The position numbers and the translations under genes were made by a program. From Thecamonas trahens ATCC 50062 (lineage: Eukaryota; Protista; Apusomonadida), in assembly GCF_000142905.1 (NCBI RefSeq), contig NW_013657675.1, positions 590,704 to 654,703 on the forward strand: a DNA stretch of 64,000 nt. Direction: 5' to 3'. Numbering within the stretch: position 1 is the first letter of the stretch; each line of letters opens with the position of its first letter. Of the stretch, positions 1-9,570 are shown one piece after another. The notes under the pieces were generated by a model. The model saw only the letters and a list, made by a program, of their open reading frames with translations, searched no databases and was not told where the DNA came from.

Positions 1-1044
1 CCGGTCATTGGCGATCCGGAAATCAACTGGGAGGCCACGTTCTATCTGAATCTGGTGCTGAACCAGATGGAGTATATGTTGGTGGTGGCGGTGTGCAAGG
101 CGGCCCAGTCGCGAGTGTGGGAGCAGGCTGTCTCAGTCACGTCGTATCCGGTCTATGCCTCGCCGACCTCGCGCCAGATGGACGTCAAGGGCTCGGCCGT
201 CGCCGTGTCGTACCCGCAGCTCACATTTACCGTCGACAACTTTGAGGAGATCTTTGGCGCGACGTACTTGCTCGAAGACGAGGTCCTCGCCATCGAGCTC
301 GTCGCCTGGGTTCGCGGCGGCTCGCTCAATGAGCTCGGCGTCATCTTCCAGGGCGTGGTCGGGTACGACAAGCTGGCCAGCGCGTTCCGCAAGCGGGTGG
401 CGCGGTCGGCGGCTAAGCTATCGCGGCGCAAGGCCGAGGCGCGGGCCAAGGATCAGGTCGAGTTTCTCATGCTCCGCGGCGCCGACGAGAAGGGCCGCGC
501 CCAGGTTGCTACGTCGGCTTATTGGATGGACTGGCAGACTGATGAAGCTGCCGCCGCTGAGGCTGCCGCGGCGAGTGAGGCCAATGTGGGCGCCAAGAAG
601 AAGTCGTGGCGGAGCACGTTTTCATCGATCGCCAAGGCAGCTACGGGCACTGTGGCCTCGCTGTCGCGGGCGGGTGGAGGCGGAGGAAAGGCCAAAGCGA
701 AGAAGGCGGTGCCAGAGGTTCTGAACGCCTCGCGCATGCTCAATGCCTTTGTCACATACGTGTCGGCGCCGTGGACCCACATTGTGCGGCAGGCGCTCTC
801 GCGTGGGACTCACGCGGCCGTGCTTGATCCACACGTCTTTCGGGCACGCCGAGCCGAGGTTGCTGGGGGCGGCACTGATGATGCTGACGGCGACCATGGT
901 GAGGTTGCCGACGACGACGAGAACAACAACGACAACGATGGTGAGGTTGCCGACGACGATGGCGACGACGACGATGGCGAGATCACCGACAACAATGACG
1001 AGCTTGCCGACATCGACAACAACAACGGTGAGGTCGGCAAGTAA
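1..1044 (+). CDS. KIAA0930-like / DUF2045 protein, 5'-truncated by window edge
   Basis: Frame open from base 1: PVIGDPEINWEATFYLNLVLNQMEYMLVVAVC...VYASPTSRQMDVKG...SYPQLTFTVDNFEE...IFQGVVGY, resembling conserved DUF2045 blocks; acidic D/N-rich tail. Confidence 0.8.
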   Translation, partial: PVIGDPEINWEATFYLNLVLNQMEYMLVVAVCKAAQSRVWEQAVSVTSYPVYASPTSRQMDVKGSAVAVSYPQLTFTVDNFEEIFGATYLLEDEVLAIELVAWVRGGSLNELGVIFQGVVGYDKLASAFRKRVARSAAKLSRRKAEARAKDQVEFLMLRGADEKGRAQVATSAYWMDWQTDEAAAAEAAAASEANVGAKKKSWRSTFSSIAKAATGTVASLSRAGGGGGKAKAKKAVPEVLNASRMLNAFVTYVSAPWTHIVRQALSRGTHAAVLDPHVFRARRAEVAGGGTDDADGDHGEVADDDENNNDNDGEVADDDGDDDDGEITDNNDELADIDNNNGEVGK

Positions 1045-1707
1045 CCCTTAATGGTACGGTCGTTTGGACGCGTTGTCGCGCGTCTCAAAGTGAACAACTC
1101 GATGATGCTTGACTTGCAGCTCACCGGCCGACGCTGCGCGACGCCTGCTCGGCCTGCGGCTTGAGGTGAGACGCGCGCCCGTACGTGATGGCGGCCGACA
1201 CGTAGACACCCGCCTGAAGGATGCCACGCCCCGCCATGACTCGCGTGGCTTTTCTCCACGACATCATCGACACCCTCGCTGCCAGCGCCGACGCTGTCAG
1301 CTCCGCGCCGTCGCGCAAGCGGAAGCGTCCCTCTGAAGCGGCTGCTCGTCATCACCACTCTCCCCAACAAGCCGTTGCGACGCGACTGCCTCGCCTGCCG
1401 GAAGCTTCATAGTAAGCGATCGATCGCGGCCGCGGACCTTTTGCGCCGCGTGCGGCGTCCATCCCTGCATCACCGACTATTTTCTGTTGTGGCAGCCAGT
1501 AACACATTGTACTACTCTTTTACAACAATTCATGGACGTTGCGACGTCTGTGGAGCGTCGCCTGAGCGCGGCTTGCGCGACGGACAAATTCGTCCATTCC
1601 GTACCGTAAACGGGTACAACTGCCGCCGCCCAAATGGTTTGAAATTTTGGGCACTGAGGCAGGCAGAGACAAGACAACGGCACAGCCGACTCGTTCCCAA
1701 CCACGAC

Positions 1708-2567
1708 ATGGATCCCCGGCTGTACACGACGAACCCCATTCTCGGAACAGTACGTACACCCCTACACCCATGCACACATACACATGCCTTATACATGCCC
1801 ATACTCACCATGCAGTCGATGTGCTGGTCGACGGTGGCGGTGTCGGCGACGGCGACGGTGGCGGCGGACGGGGGGGAGGACAGGGCGGAGTGCCACCGCG
1901 GGCAACGGGCAGGGCGCGCGGATACAATGACAAGCGGGGAGCGGGACTACCGTCTGACAAGTTCCATCAGGATGCCTGGTCGCCTACGCCCAGGCAGAGG
2001 TCTGCTGCAGAGGTCAAGGTCATGGGATACTCGAGAAATCCACTGCTCGAAGGTGAGGTTCCCGCCCGCCCGTCAAAGTCGTACGCTGCGGCCAAGGTGT
2101 GGGGAACTGGTCGCAATCCCATCGTCGAAGGCGATCCGTGCTACCAGCCGCCCCGTGCACCTACCCGTGGCACAAAGTTCCTGACCGAGGGTACATCGCC
2201 AGAGTATGATCTCTATCCCACCACCGGTGGCTCCGGCCGCTCCTCGGGTCGTCGCCATGTCGTCGATCCCAACCGCCACAACGGTTCGTCCTCGCTCGCC
2301 CACATCGGTGGCTCACCCGAACAGCAGCCAGTCCGCAGGGCACACCCCAAGCACCACGCCGACACGTCGGGCCTCATCGGCGGCATCAACGCTCCGCCCG
2401 TCATCGATGCCGATCGCGCCGCAGAGCACGCTGCTCATGAGGCCGCCATCGCTGCAGAAGCTGCGAACAATGCCACCTACCAACAGAACAGGCAAGTCTA
2501 TTCCCGTCTCCGTCACGCCTGCACCGCAACGAACCCGGACCTGCTTTCCTTCGACTACCCCCAGTGA
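1708..2567 (+). CDS. Hypothetical low-complexity protein with three NP(I/L)(L/V) motifs, probably 2 exons (intron ~1754-1815)
   Basis: ATG 1708 (MDPRLYTTNPILGT), CA-rich intron-like stretch ending CATGCAG at 1815, then ORF 1647..2567 frame with host-like codon usage. Exact donor uncertain. Confidence 0.5.
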
Positions 2568-3182
2568 TGAAACACAGTACACTCTCCTCCATCGGAGCTG
2601 CTGCCCCCAAGCAAGACACAGTATCTTGTCTGCCACGCGGTCGTTGACTTGCAGGCCCCGCTCCCGTCAACATCAGCATGAGATCAGGGCTGCACATTCG
2701 CGTATGTGCCGAGCCGATGCGCGCGGCGAGGATAGGAGATCGTGTTCCATGGGACGATCTCTTTTCTTTTCATTTTGCGGCGCAAGAGCAGAGTCTTGCG
2801 CATATTTCGCCTTCTCCCGACATGAAAGGACCATCGTATGGAGAGGTAGGCCACCAAAGGACATGATCGGGGGTGGTAGCGTCACTGGCTTGTGTTTGGC
2901 AGCTTTTCTTGCGTGGCACCGGGCGAGCAAGTGTTCGCACACCCGCTCCCTCGTTGCTCCACGCTCGAGGTACGTCCTCTGCCGCATCGCCGCCGCAGAG
3001 CATGGCTTTCTCGCGCAAAGGGAAAGAGGGCGGCTTGGAAAGGTTAGAGAGTGGCATGGATTGAAGGTGTAACTTTGGCCAGGTGCACAAGCAAAGCCGA
3101 CACGGACTGTGTGCCCGACTCGTCCCGACGTGCAAAGCAATGGACATATCAAATACAGTGGAAACGGATGGCAGTTCCAACA

Positions 3183-3260
3183 GCCAGCATAGTATAACGG
3201 TTAGTACATTCGACTCATATAGTCAATCGAAAGATCGTGGTTCGATTCCGCGTGCCGGCA
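3183..3260 (+). tRNA. tRNA-Met(CAT) with 6-nt intron (3220-3225), copy 1
   Basis: Cloverleaf: acceptor GCCAGCA/TGCCGGC (one A-C mismatch), D stem GTAT/GTAC, anticodon stem TTCGA/TCGAA around a 13-nt loop CTCATA[TAGTCA]A, T arm CGTGG-TTCGATT-CCGCG, discriminator A, followed by a T-run Pol III terminator. Confidence 0.85.
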
Positions 3261-3286
3261 TTTGGTTTTTTTTGTAACCAGCCCCA

Positions 3287-3364
3287 GCCAGCATAGTATA
3301 ACGGTTAGTACATTCGACTCATATAGTCAATCGAAAGATCGTGGTTCGATTCCGCGTGCCGGCA
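3287..3364 (+). tRNA. tRNA-Met(CAT) with 6-nt intron (3324-3329), copy 2
   Basis: Identical 78-nt copy, 26 nt downstream of copy 1, with its own T-run terminator. Confidence 0.85.
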
Positions 3365-3463
3365 TTCTTCTTTTTTTGGCTTGCTTCCCACCCTCCATTG
3401 TCATCGCTCGCTTCTGTTGTTGGCCTCAGGCTTGAGCTGGTGCTGTGTGTGGGTCATCTTTTA

Positions 3464-6400
3464 TCACATCAACTCGCCTGCTGTGATGTTGCGAAGGCCG
3501 CACGAGGCGAGACGCTCGGCGGCCGCACACATACTTCCGGCATCAAAGCCGTAGAGGAGATCGAGCTGAAAGGCGTAGCTCGCTCGTCGGACGGCGGGCA
3601 GCGCCGACGCCAGGAACTTGTCGATGGCATCGGTGGTTGCAGGAGACATCATGGTGTAAGCGTCGAGTCTGTTGTCGACTTCCATTAGCGGCGTCACCGG
3701 GTCGATGTAACCGAGCATCCACGCGAGCGCAGCGAACCAGAGTGCAACGACCACGCCGAGGACGGCAACAAGGCGCGCGAGGTTGCTCCCACGCGGCACG
3801 AGCGGGTCGTTGTTTGCAGCTGTTGTCGGATTCTGCAGCGAGCCGCCGATGTAGGTGGTCGGGCCAACGGCAGTGGCCCCGATGGTCACCGCGCTGGTCG
3901 CAATAGCCAATCCGGTAATGACGTTGTAGACGAGGACGAGGACGAACCAGCCAGGTGAGCCTACGCCGGCTCCAGTCGCAAAGATGAGGTACAGCGCAAA
4001 GACGCAATAGAACCAGTGCGTCGGATTCAACGGGAGGAGGAGGCTTGAGCTCGTGTACGACGCCAGCGACTCGACTCGGTGCGAGAAGCCAGTGGCGATG
4101 CCGGCGAGAGCGACTGCTGGAAGCGCTTCCGGCACATAACCGCCGGTGCTGAGCAAGCGGGCGAAAATGCCGGCAAACGCAGTGAGTGGGACTGCACTGA
4201 CATAGTGGTGGGCGGCGGCCGAGTTGGTTGCGAGTGCGCGGATGCCAGCCGCCGCCATCGCTGCCATGCCTGCGACCGGGACAGTGGCCGCGAGCCAAGC
4301 CCAACCGAGCGCGTGCCCGGCGCGCCACCAGACGATCGAGCCGACTGGAAGCCAAAAGAGGCTCACCAGGAGGCTGAATCGCAGCGCCACCAGCCGCCGC
4401 GACGTCATGATGCCCGAGTAGTAGAGAAGGCCTGCGAGCGGGCTGATGACGGTCGCAACGTCTGCTGGAAGCCTGCCCGCGAGGAGCGGTCTTGTCGCCG
4501 GGGCCCCGGCTGCCGCGGCCGGCTGCGGCGAAAATACAAAGATGTGCGAGCCGGGCATAAAATCGACGTTGCCCACGAGAAGAAGCCAGCCGCCGCCAAC
4601 AAAGGCGCTGCTCATCTTCATCTCCACAGGCGTCACCACATTGAGCCAGGGAATGCTCGTCTGGTTGACCGATGCCGAGACAACGCACGGCAGGCTCTCG
4701 TCGAGATCCTCGCGAAGGAGGTCTGGCGAGAGCGTCGACGCGTCGACCGCCGGATCCGCAACGGCGTACTTGGGCGCGTCCGGCGTGGCGACGGGAATGC
4801 GATCGAGCGCTGGCTCGTCGGATGGGGCCAGGAGCCCGTCGTCGCCGTCGAGCATGCCGTGCCAGCCGAGAACCTGTGCGCGGAGGGTGATGAGCGCAAA
4901 GCCCGAAATGTCCCACTCGTCCGAGTTGACTTGTAGCGGTGGACGGCCGCGCCCGAGACGGCGGCTCGCGATGTGGGGCAGGCGGCATCGGATGGTCGCC
5001 GACGACGGAAGGACGCGGCGATGCATGCGGAATCCCTCACGGAGCGACGAGTACGAGAGCTCCAGCTCGAGACTGCCGTCAGGAGTCGGCTCGGCGTGGT
5101 GGATGATATCAAAGGAGGCAATGCGAAAGACGCGCGGCGTGTTGACGACAGCGGCAAGATACAAGTCGTGCCAGTCGGCACTCACCGCGTACAGGTAGAC
5201 GGTCGACCATTCGATGGAGCTTGTGACGATGGCATACTCACATCCTGGCGCTTCCGCGGTGGTCAAATCTTCAGGTTTTCCAGCGGCAATAAACGCGTCT
5301 GAGTACTGCCCGCCCGCCGAGAGGTGGCCGGGCGGATACGGCGCCGGCGCAGCGCCTGGCGCCACCTTTGGCCAGTGAATGAGCGTCTTGGTGGCAAAGG
5401 CTATGCCTCCGGGAAAGTCCTCGAGGTTGATGGCCGCCATGCGAGGCGAGGCGCGCGGCTCGTGTGGCGGAGGATCGAGCCCAGGCCGGGCCATGAGATG
5501 ACCAATGTCGACAGCAAAGAGCGCCTGGCCCATTGTGAGTCGCCCAATGCCAATCAGCTTGCTGCCCACCACATCGAGCTGGGCGTAGATGTCGACGACG
5601 TCACGAATCGGATCGAGGTAGACCCGAGAGAGCCTCGCCGGCGCCACCGGAATGCCCGACGGCGAGTAGTCGACGTGCATGATGAACGCGAGGTCAAATT
5701 GAACGCACGAGAGGATGCGGAATCGGACAAAAAACGAGGTTGACGAGACCCGCGGGTAGTCTCCGTACCGGATCGGTCGGTCCGCGGCGGTGGCAAGGTC
5801 AGGCTCGATGGAGGTCATGGCAATGGAGACTGACGAAATGACGTCGTCAAGCTGCCGGTACTCGGCGTTGGGCGCGATCGGCTCGCCGGACCCGTCCAGG
5901 ACCGAGCCGATCTGTGCTGTTCGGAGCGTGCCGTGGGAGAGGTAGCCAGGAAAGACGCGCCGGAGGACAATGTACTTGGGCTCTCTTCCAGCCGCCTGTG
6001 CGGGTGTTGTGTCGAGAATGCAGTTGGATCCGATGCGCGTTTCGGGCGAGGGGTCAAAGGCTGTCTCCGGATCGAGCCCGTTCTGGGTGAGGAGATCTTC
6101 GACGACTATGTCCTGAAAGCACGGCTCGGGCGCAAACTCGGCAAGGAGGTTGTACCGAAGAAGCAGCTCAGTCGAGACGAGCGAGTGAACGAGAAGGACG
6201 CCGTCGGCGAGGACCGAGAGCACAAGATCCGCAGCAACAAAGACGTTGCGTACCATCGCTTTCGACGGCGGCATGGGCAGCGCCCGTGGCACGTACATCG
6301 GCAGGAGACCCTGCGCAGCGCAGCAGGTCTCCATCGACGACATAAGCGAGGTGTAAAGCGTGGTGATCCCGATGCGCCAGAGGGCAAACACGTTGTCGGC

Positions 6401-6889
6401 CGGAGGAGGACCTGCCGACGACTCGGATCGCCGCCTTGCATCTGGCCCTGACGAGGCCGAGATCGGCACGCCGCCTTTGCAGCCGATGGGTCGAAAGGCA
6501 GGCTGAACACAACAAGGTCCCATCACCGATCTTAGCGGTGAGACGAGCGGAAGCGAGAGCGATTCTGGGACGACGAGAATGGTGGCACGGAGGGCTGAGC
6601 GAAGGACGTGTTGGTCGTGGGCCGATTGCGGGGCAAAGATGGCCGAGTCCGAATCAGCACTGTACACTATCGAATGCAGCCGTGTACATGTCTTGGCCAC
6701 CGCCACTACGGCTTCTATTCCTCGGAACAGGCCAGCTGTTGGTGGTCCATCCGGCGGCGGACCGAGCGGCGCATGTCGAGAGAGGGTGATGCGCTCGGGT
6801 CTCTTGCTGGGCTTGAGCTGAGGGTAGAGGGTGTGGTGGAGAATGAGACACAGGACTTCTGTGGGGAGAGAGAGAAGATTGGTGCCCAT
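3464..6889 (-). CDS. Large protein with N-terminal F-box-like motif and C-terminal multi-pass membrane region
   Basis: Long ORF; first ATG gives MGTNLLSLPTEVLCLILHH (F-box-like LxxLPxEIL pattern); last ~300 aa contain several hydrophobic helices. Confidence 0.65.
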   Translation of the reverse strand: MGTNLLSLPTEVLCLILHHTLYPQLKPSKRPERITLSRHAPLGPPPDGPPTAGLFRGIEAVVAVAKTCTRLHSIVYSADSDSAIFAPQSAHDQHVLRSALRATILVVPESLSLPLVSPLRSVMGPCCVQPAFRPIGCKGGVPISASSGPDARRRSESSAGPPPADNVFALWRIGITTLYTSLMSSMETCCAAQGLLPMYVPRALPMPPSKAMVRNVFVAADLVLSVLADGVLLVHSLVSTELLLRYNLLAEFAPEPCFQDIVVEDLLTQNGLDPETAFDPSPETRIGSNCILDTTPAQAAGREPKYIVLRRVFPGYLSHGTLRTAQIGSVLDGSGEPIAPNAEYRQLDDVISSVSIAMTSIEPDLATAADRPIRYGDYPRVSSTSFFVRFRILSCVQFDLAFIMHVDYSPSGIPVAPARLSRVYLDPIRDVVDIYAQLDVVGSKLIGIGRLTMGQALFAVDIGHLMARPGLDPPPHEPRASPRMAAINLEDFPGGIAFATKTLIHWPKVAPGAAPAPYPPGHLSAGGQYSDAFIAAGKPEDLTTAEAPGCEYAIVTSSIEWSTVYLYAVSADWHDLYLAAVVNTPRVFRIASFDIIHHAEPTPDGSLELELSYSSLREGFRMHRRVLPSSATIRCRLPHIASRRLGRGRPPLQVNSDEWDISGFALITLRAQVLGWHGMLDGDDGLLAPSDEPALDRIPVATPDAPKYAVADPAVDASTLSPDLLREDLDESLPCVVSASVNQTSIPWLNVVTPVEMKMSSAFVGGGWLLLVGNVDFMPGSHIFVFSPQPAAAAGAPATRPLLAGRLPADVATVISPLAGLLYYSGIMTSRRLVALRFSLLVSLFWLPVGSIVWWRAGHALGWAWLAATVPVAGMAAMAAAGIRALATNSAAAHHYVSAVPLTAFAGIFARLLSTGGYVPEALPAVALAGIATGFSHRVESLASYTSSSLLLPLNPTHWFYCVFALYLIFATGAGVGSPGWFVLVLVYNVITGLAIATSAVTIGATAVGPTTYIGGSLQNPTTAANNDPLVPRGSNLARLVAVLGVVVALWFAALAWMLGYIDPVTPLMEVDNRLDAYTMMSPATTDAIDKFLASALPAVRRASYAFQLDLLYGFDAGSMCAAAERLASCGLRNITAGELM

Positions 6890-7314
6890 GAGCACACGAG
6901 TGCAGATCACGAGAGTGCTGGTCGAGTGTGTCTGCGGTCTGGTCGTGGTCGTGGTGTGGCTGTCGCCTGTTTCCACCAGCTGCTGTTGGCCACGCCAGCG
7001 TTCGATCAGCCGAGTGATCACGCCCAGCATTCGGAAAAGGCCGCATTCTCACCACCCACATCCACGACATCGCGTCCAAGATCAAGTGACTCCTTCCCTT
7101 CTCTCTCTCTCTCTCTCTCTCTCTCCCGCGCGCCCCCTCCCATCCGCCTTTCTATCTGCCTCCCTCCCCCCCCCCCCCCTCTGCTCCCTCTTCCCCACTC
7201 CCAGCCAGCCTCCCTCCTTCTCGCAAGCCCGGCTCCGACAGGCAGCGACAGACTTTGTCGTCATCGGTTCGTCAGACTCGGTATCACCCCTCGCTGACGC
7301 CCTCCACCACCAGC

Positions 7315-7959
7315 ATGGATTCTGTACCACTTGTGTCGGCGACGGCGACAGCGGAAAGTGGCACGGTATCACGGAGTGGGTCATCGGTCTCGTCGTTGTC
7401 GTCCTCGTCGTCGCTCTCTGACTTGCTCTCTACCTTTACTGCAGGAGTGGGCTCGCGGACGTCGGCGCGGGGCGCCCACCCGCGCGGAACGGCGTCGGTC
7501 CTCACGTCGACAGTCAATCTGACAAACACTATTGTTGGCGGAGGCATGCTGGCGCTGCCGTTTGCAGTCAAGTCGGCTGGTCTTGTTCTTGCCGTGGCTC
7601 TCCTTGTGGCGGTCATGATCACCACCGCATTCTCGGTCGGGTTGTTGGTCGAGGCCGGCAAGTCGACGCGGGCGCCGCTCTTCACCGATTTGACAGCTGC
7701 GACGCTGGGCAGAAAATGGGTGCCTGTTGTTCAGATTTCTGTCATTCTGCAGAGCTATGGGACGTGCATCGGGTACTACATCATCATTGCCGACATGATC
7801 CAGCCGCTGCTTGCCGAGCTCTGGCCAGGCGGCAGTTTCTTTACCTCGCGCGCCTGGGTCGGCCTCCTTGCCCTGGCCGTGACCGGCCCGCTGGTGTGTC
7901 TGCGGTCACTGGCTGCACTGCGGCACACGTCACTGGCGGCGATGGGGGCCATTGCGTTT
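7315..7959 (+). CDS. Amino acid transporter, AAAP/SLC38 (Aa_trans) family, 3' part lost at gap
   Basis: NLTNTIVGGGMLALPFA, YGTCIGYYIIIAD and PLVCLRSLAALRHTS motifs; frame runs into a chimeric tail and N gap. Confidence 0.85.
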
Positions 7960-8012
7960 CGCTTGTGCGGACGTGGTTTGAGGAGCGAGCATGGGAGGGA
8001 GCGCGTAGTCAC

Positions 8013-8375
8013 NNNNNNNNNNNNNNNNNNNNNNNNNNNNNNNNNNNNNNNNNNNNNNNNNNNNNNNNNNNNNNNNNNNNNNNNNNNNNNNNNNNNNNNN
8101 NNNNNNNNNNNNNNNNNNNNNNNNNNNNNNNNNNNNNNNNNNNNNNNNNNNNNNNNNNNNNNNNNNNNNNNNNNNNNNNNNNNNNNNNNNNNNNNNNNNN
8201 NNNNNNNNNNNNNNNNNNNNNNNNNNNNNNNNNNNNNNNNNNNNNNNNNNNNNNNNNNNNNNNNNNNNNNNNNNNNNNNNNNNNNNNNNNNNNNNNNNNN
8301 NNNNNNNNNNNNNNNNNNNNNNNNNNNNNNNNNNNNNNNNNNNNNNNNNNNNNNNNNNNNNNNNNNNNNNNNNNN
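8013..8375. other. Assembly gap (363 N)
   Basis: Run of n. Confidence 1.
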
Positions 8376-8409
8376 CCCCCCTCCCTGTCCAGGTGGTATG
8401 TGTTTATAG

Positions 8410-9474
8410 GTTGATGAGGCTATCCATGCTGTGCTCGACTCTGCGTACTACATCGGTGGCCCGCAGGTTGCTCAGTTTGAGACCGAGTTCTCCGAGTACA
8501 TCACCGGTGAGGACGGCCATTGCGCTGGCTGCTCCAACGGGACGGATGCCATTCTGCTTGCTCTCGAGGCGCTCGGTGTGGGTGAGGGTGATGAGGTCAT
8601 CACCCAGGCCAACACCTACTGCGCTACGGTGTTTTCGATCACCCGGACGGGTGCCAAGGCTGTTCTTGTCGACGTCGATGCCGAGACGATGATGATGGAC
8701 GCATCCCAGATCGAGAGCAAGATCACGGCCAACACCAAGGTCATCATGCCGGTGCACCTCTACGGCCACTCGGCCGACATGGACGCGGTGATGGACATTG
8801 CCAAGCGGCACAACCTGCTGGTGGTCGAGGACGCGTCGCAGGCGCACGGGTGCACATGGCGCGGCCAGAAGGTCGGCTCGTTCGGTGACGCCGCGGCGTT
8901 CTCCATGTACCCGGGCAAGAACCTCGGCGGGTACGGTGACGCCGGCGCGATCATCGCCAAGGACACGGCGATCATCGAGAAGATCAAGATTCTGCGCAAC
9001 ATGGGCCAGAAGGTCAAGTACCACCACGAGTGCGTCGGGTACAACCACCGCCTGGACACGCTGCAGGCTGCCGTGCTCTCGGTCCGCCTCCGCCACCTCG
9101 ACGCGTGGAACTCGCGCCGCAAGGAGCTCGCTGCCCGCTACATCGCCGGCCTCAACGCCGTTGAGGGCCTGACCCTCCCGACCTGGGACCCGGCGACCGT
9201 CGACCCTGTGTGGCACCTCTTTGTTCTCCGCGTCGGCTCGGCCGAGAAGCGTGACTCGGTGCTCAAGGCGCTGCAGGGCGCTGGCATCGGCGTTGGCGTC
9301 CACTACCCCATCTCGGTCAACAAGACCGGCGCCTACGCTGACGAGTTCAAGGACTCGTCGTACCCGATCACCGAGGCCGCCGCCGTCGGCATGATCTCCA
9401 TCCCCATCCACCCGGACCTCACCGACGACGACCAGGACTACATCATCGAGCAGGTCAAGGCTGCTCTTGCCTAA
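8410..9474 (+). CDS. DegT/DnrJ/EryC1/StrS PLP-dependent NDP-sugar aminotransferase (last exon; first exon presumably in gap)
   Basis: SNGTDA, GVGEGDEVI, PVHLYG, VVEDASQAHG, PLP-lysine motif SMYPGKNLGGYGDAG, GYNHRLDTLQAA, GVHYP. The exon starts in frame after acceptor TTTATAG (8409). Confidence 0.93.
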   Translation, partial: VDEAIHAVLDSAYYIGGPQVAQFETEFSEYITGEDGHCAGCSNGTDAILLALEALGVGEGDEVITQANTYCATVFSITRTGAKAVLVDVDAETMMMDASQIESKITANTKVIMPVHLYGHSADMDAVMDIAKRHNLLVVEDASQAHGCTWRGQKVGSFGDAAAFSMYPGKNLGGYGDAGAIIAKDTAIIEKIKILRNMGQKVKYHHECVGYNHRLDTLQAAVLSVRLRHLDAWNSRRKELAARYIAGLNAVEGLTLPTWDPATVDPVWHLFVLRVGSAEKRDSVLKALQGAGIGVGVHYPISVNKTGAYADEFKDSSYPITEAAAVGMISIPIHPDLTDDDQDYIIEQVKAALA

Positions 9475-9570
9475 TCAAGTTGTGGTTGACATTAAGTGAC
9501 ACCTTTAGTGGTAGTGAGGGTGGACGAGCGAGTATCTACATAAACAGTCGTTGTCTCCCTCGGTTACGGT

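Noticed and set aside
1051-1412. Small ORF 1221-1412 with an NLS-like RKRKR and a possible upstream exon encoding CSACGLR (GATA-like half)
   Set aside because: Only half a zinc finger and no phase-compatible start exon; cannot be supported without transcripts.
2565-2570. TGA TGA stop as possible selenocysteine, or GTGATGA as a C box
   Set aside because: No SECIS with a pairing helix II and no D box at a suitable distance.
2995-3022. U6-like AGCATGGC...GCGCAAAGG
   Set aside because: Lacks the ACAGAGAAGATT context and the ISL 3' ATGAC.
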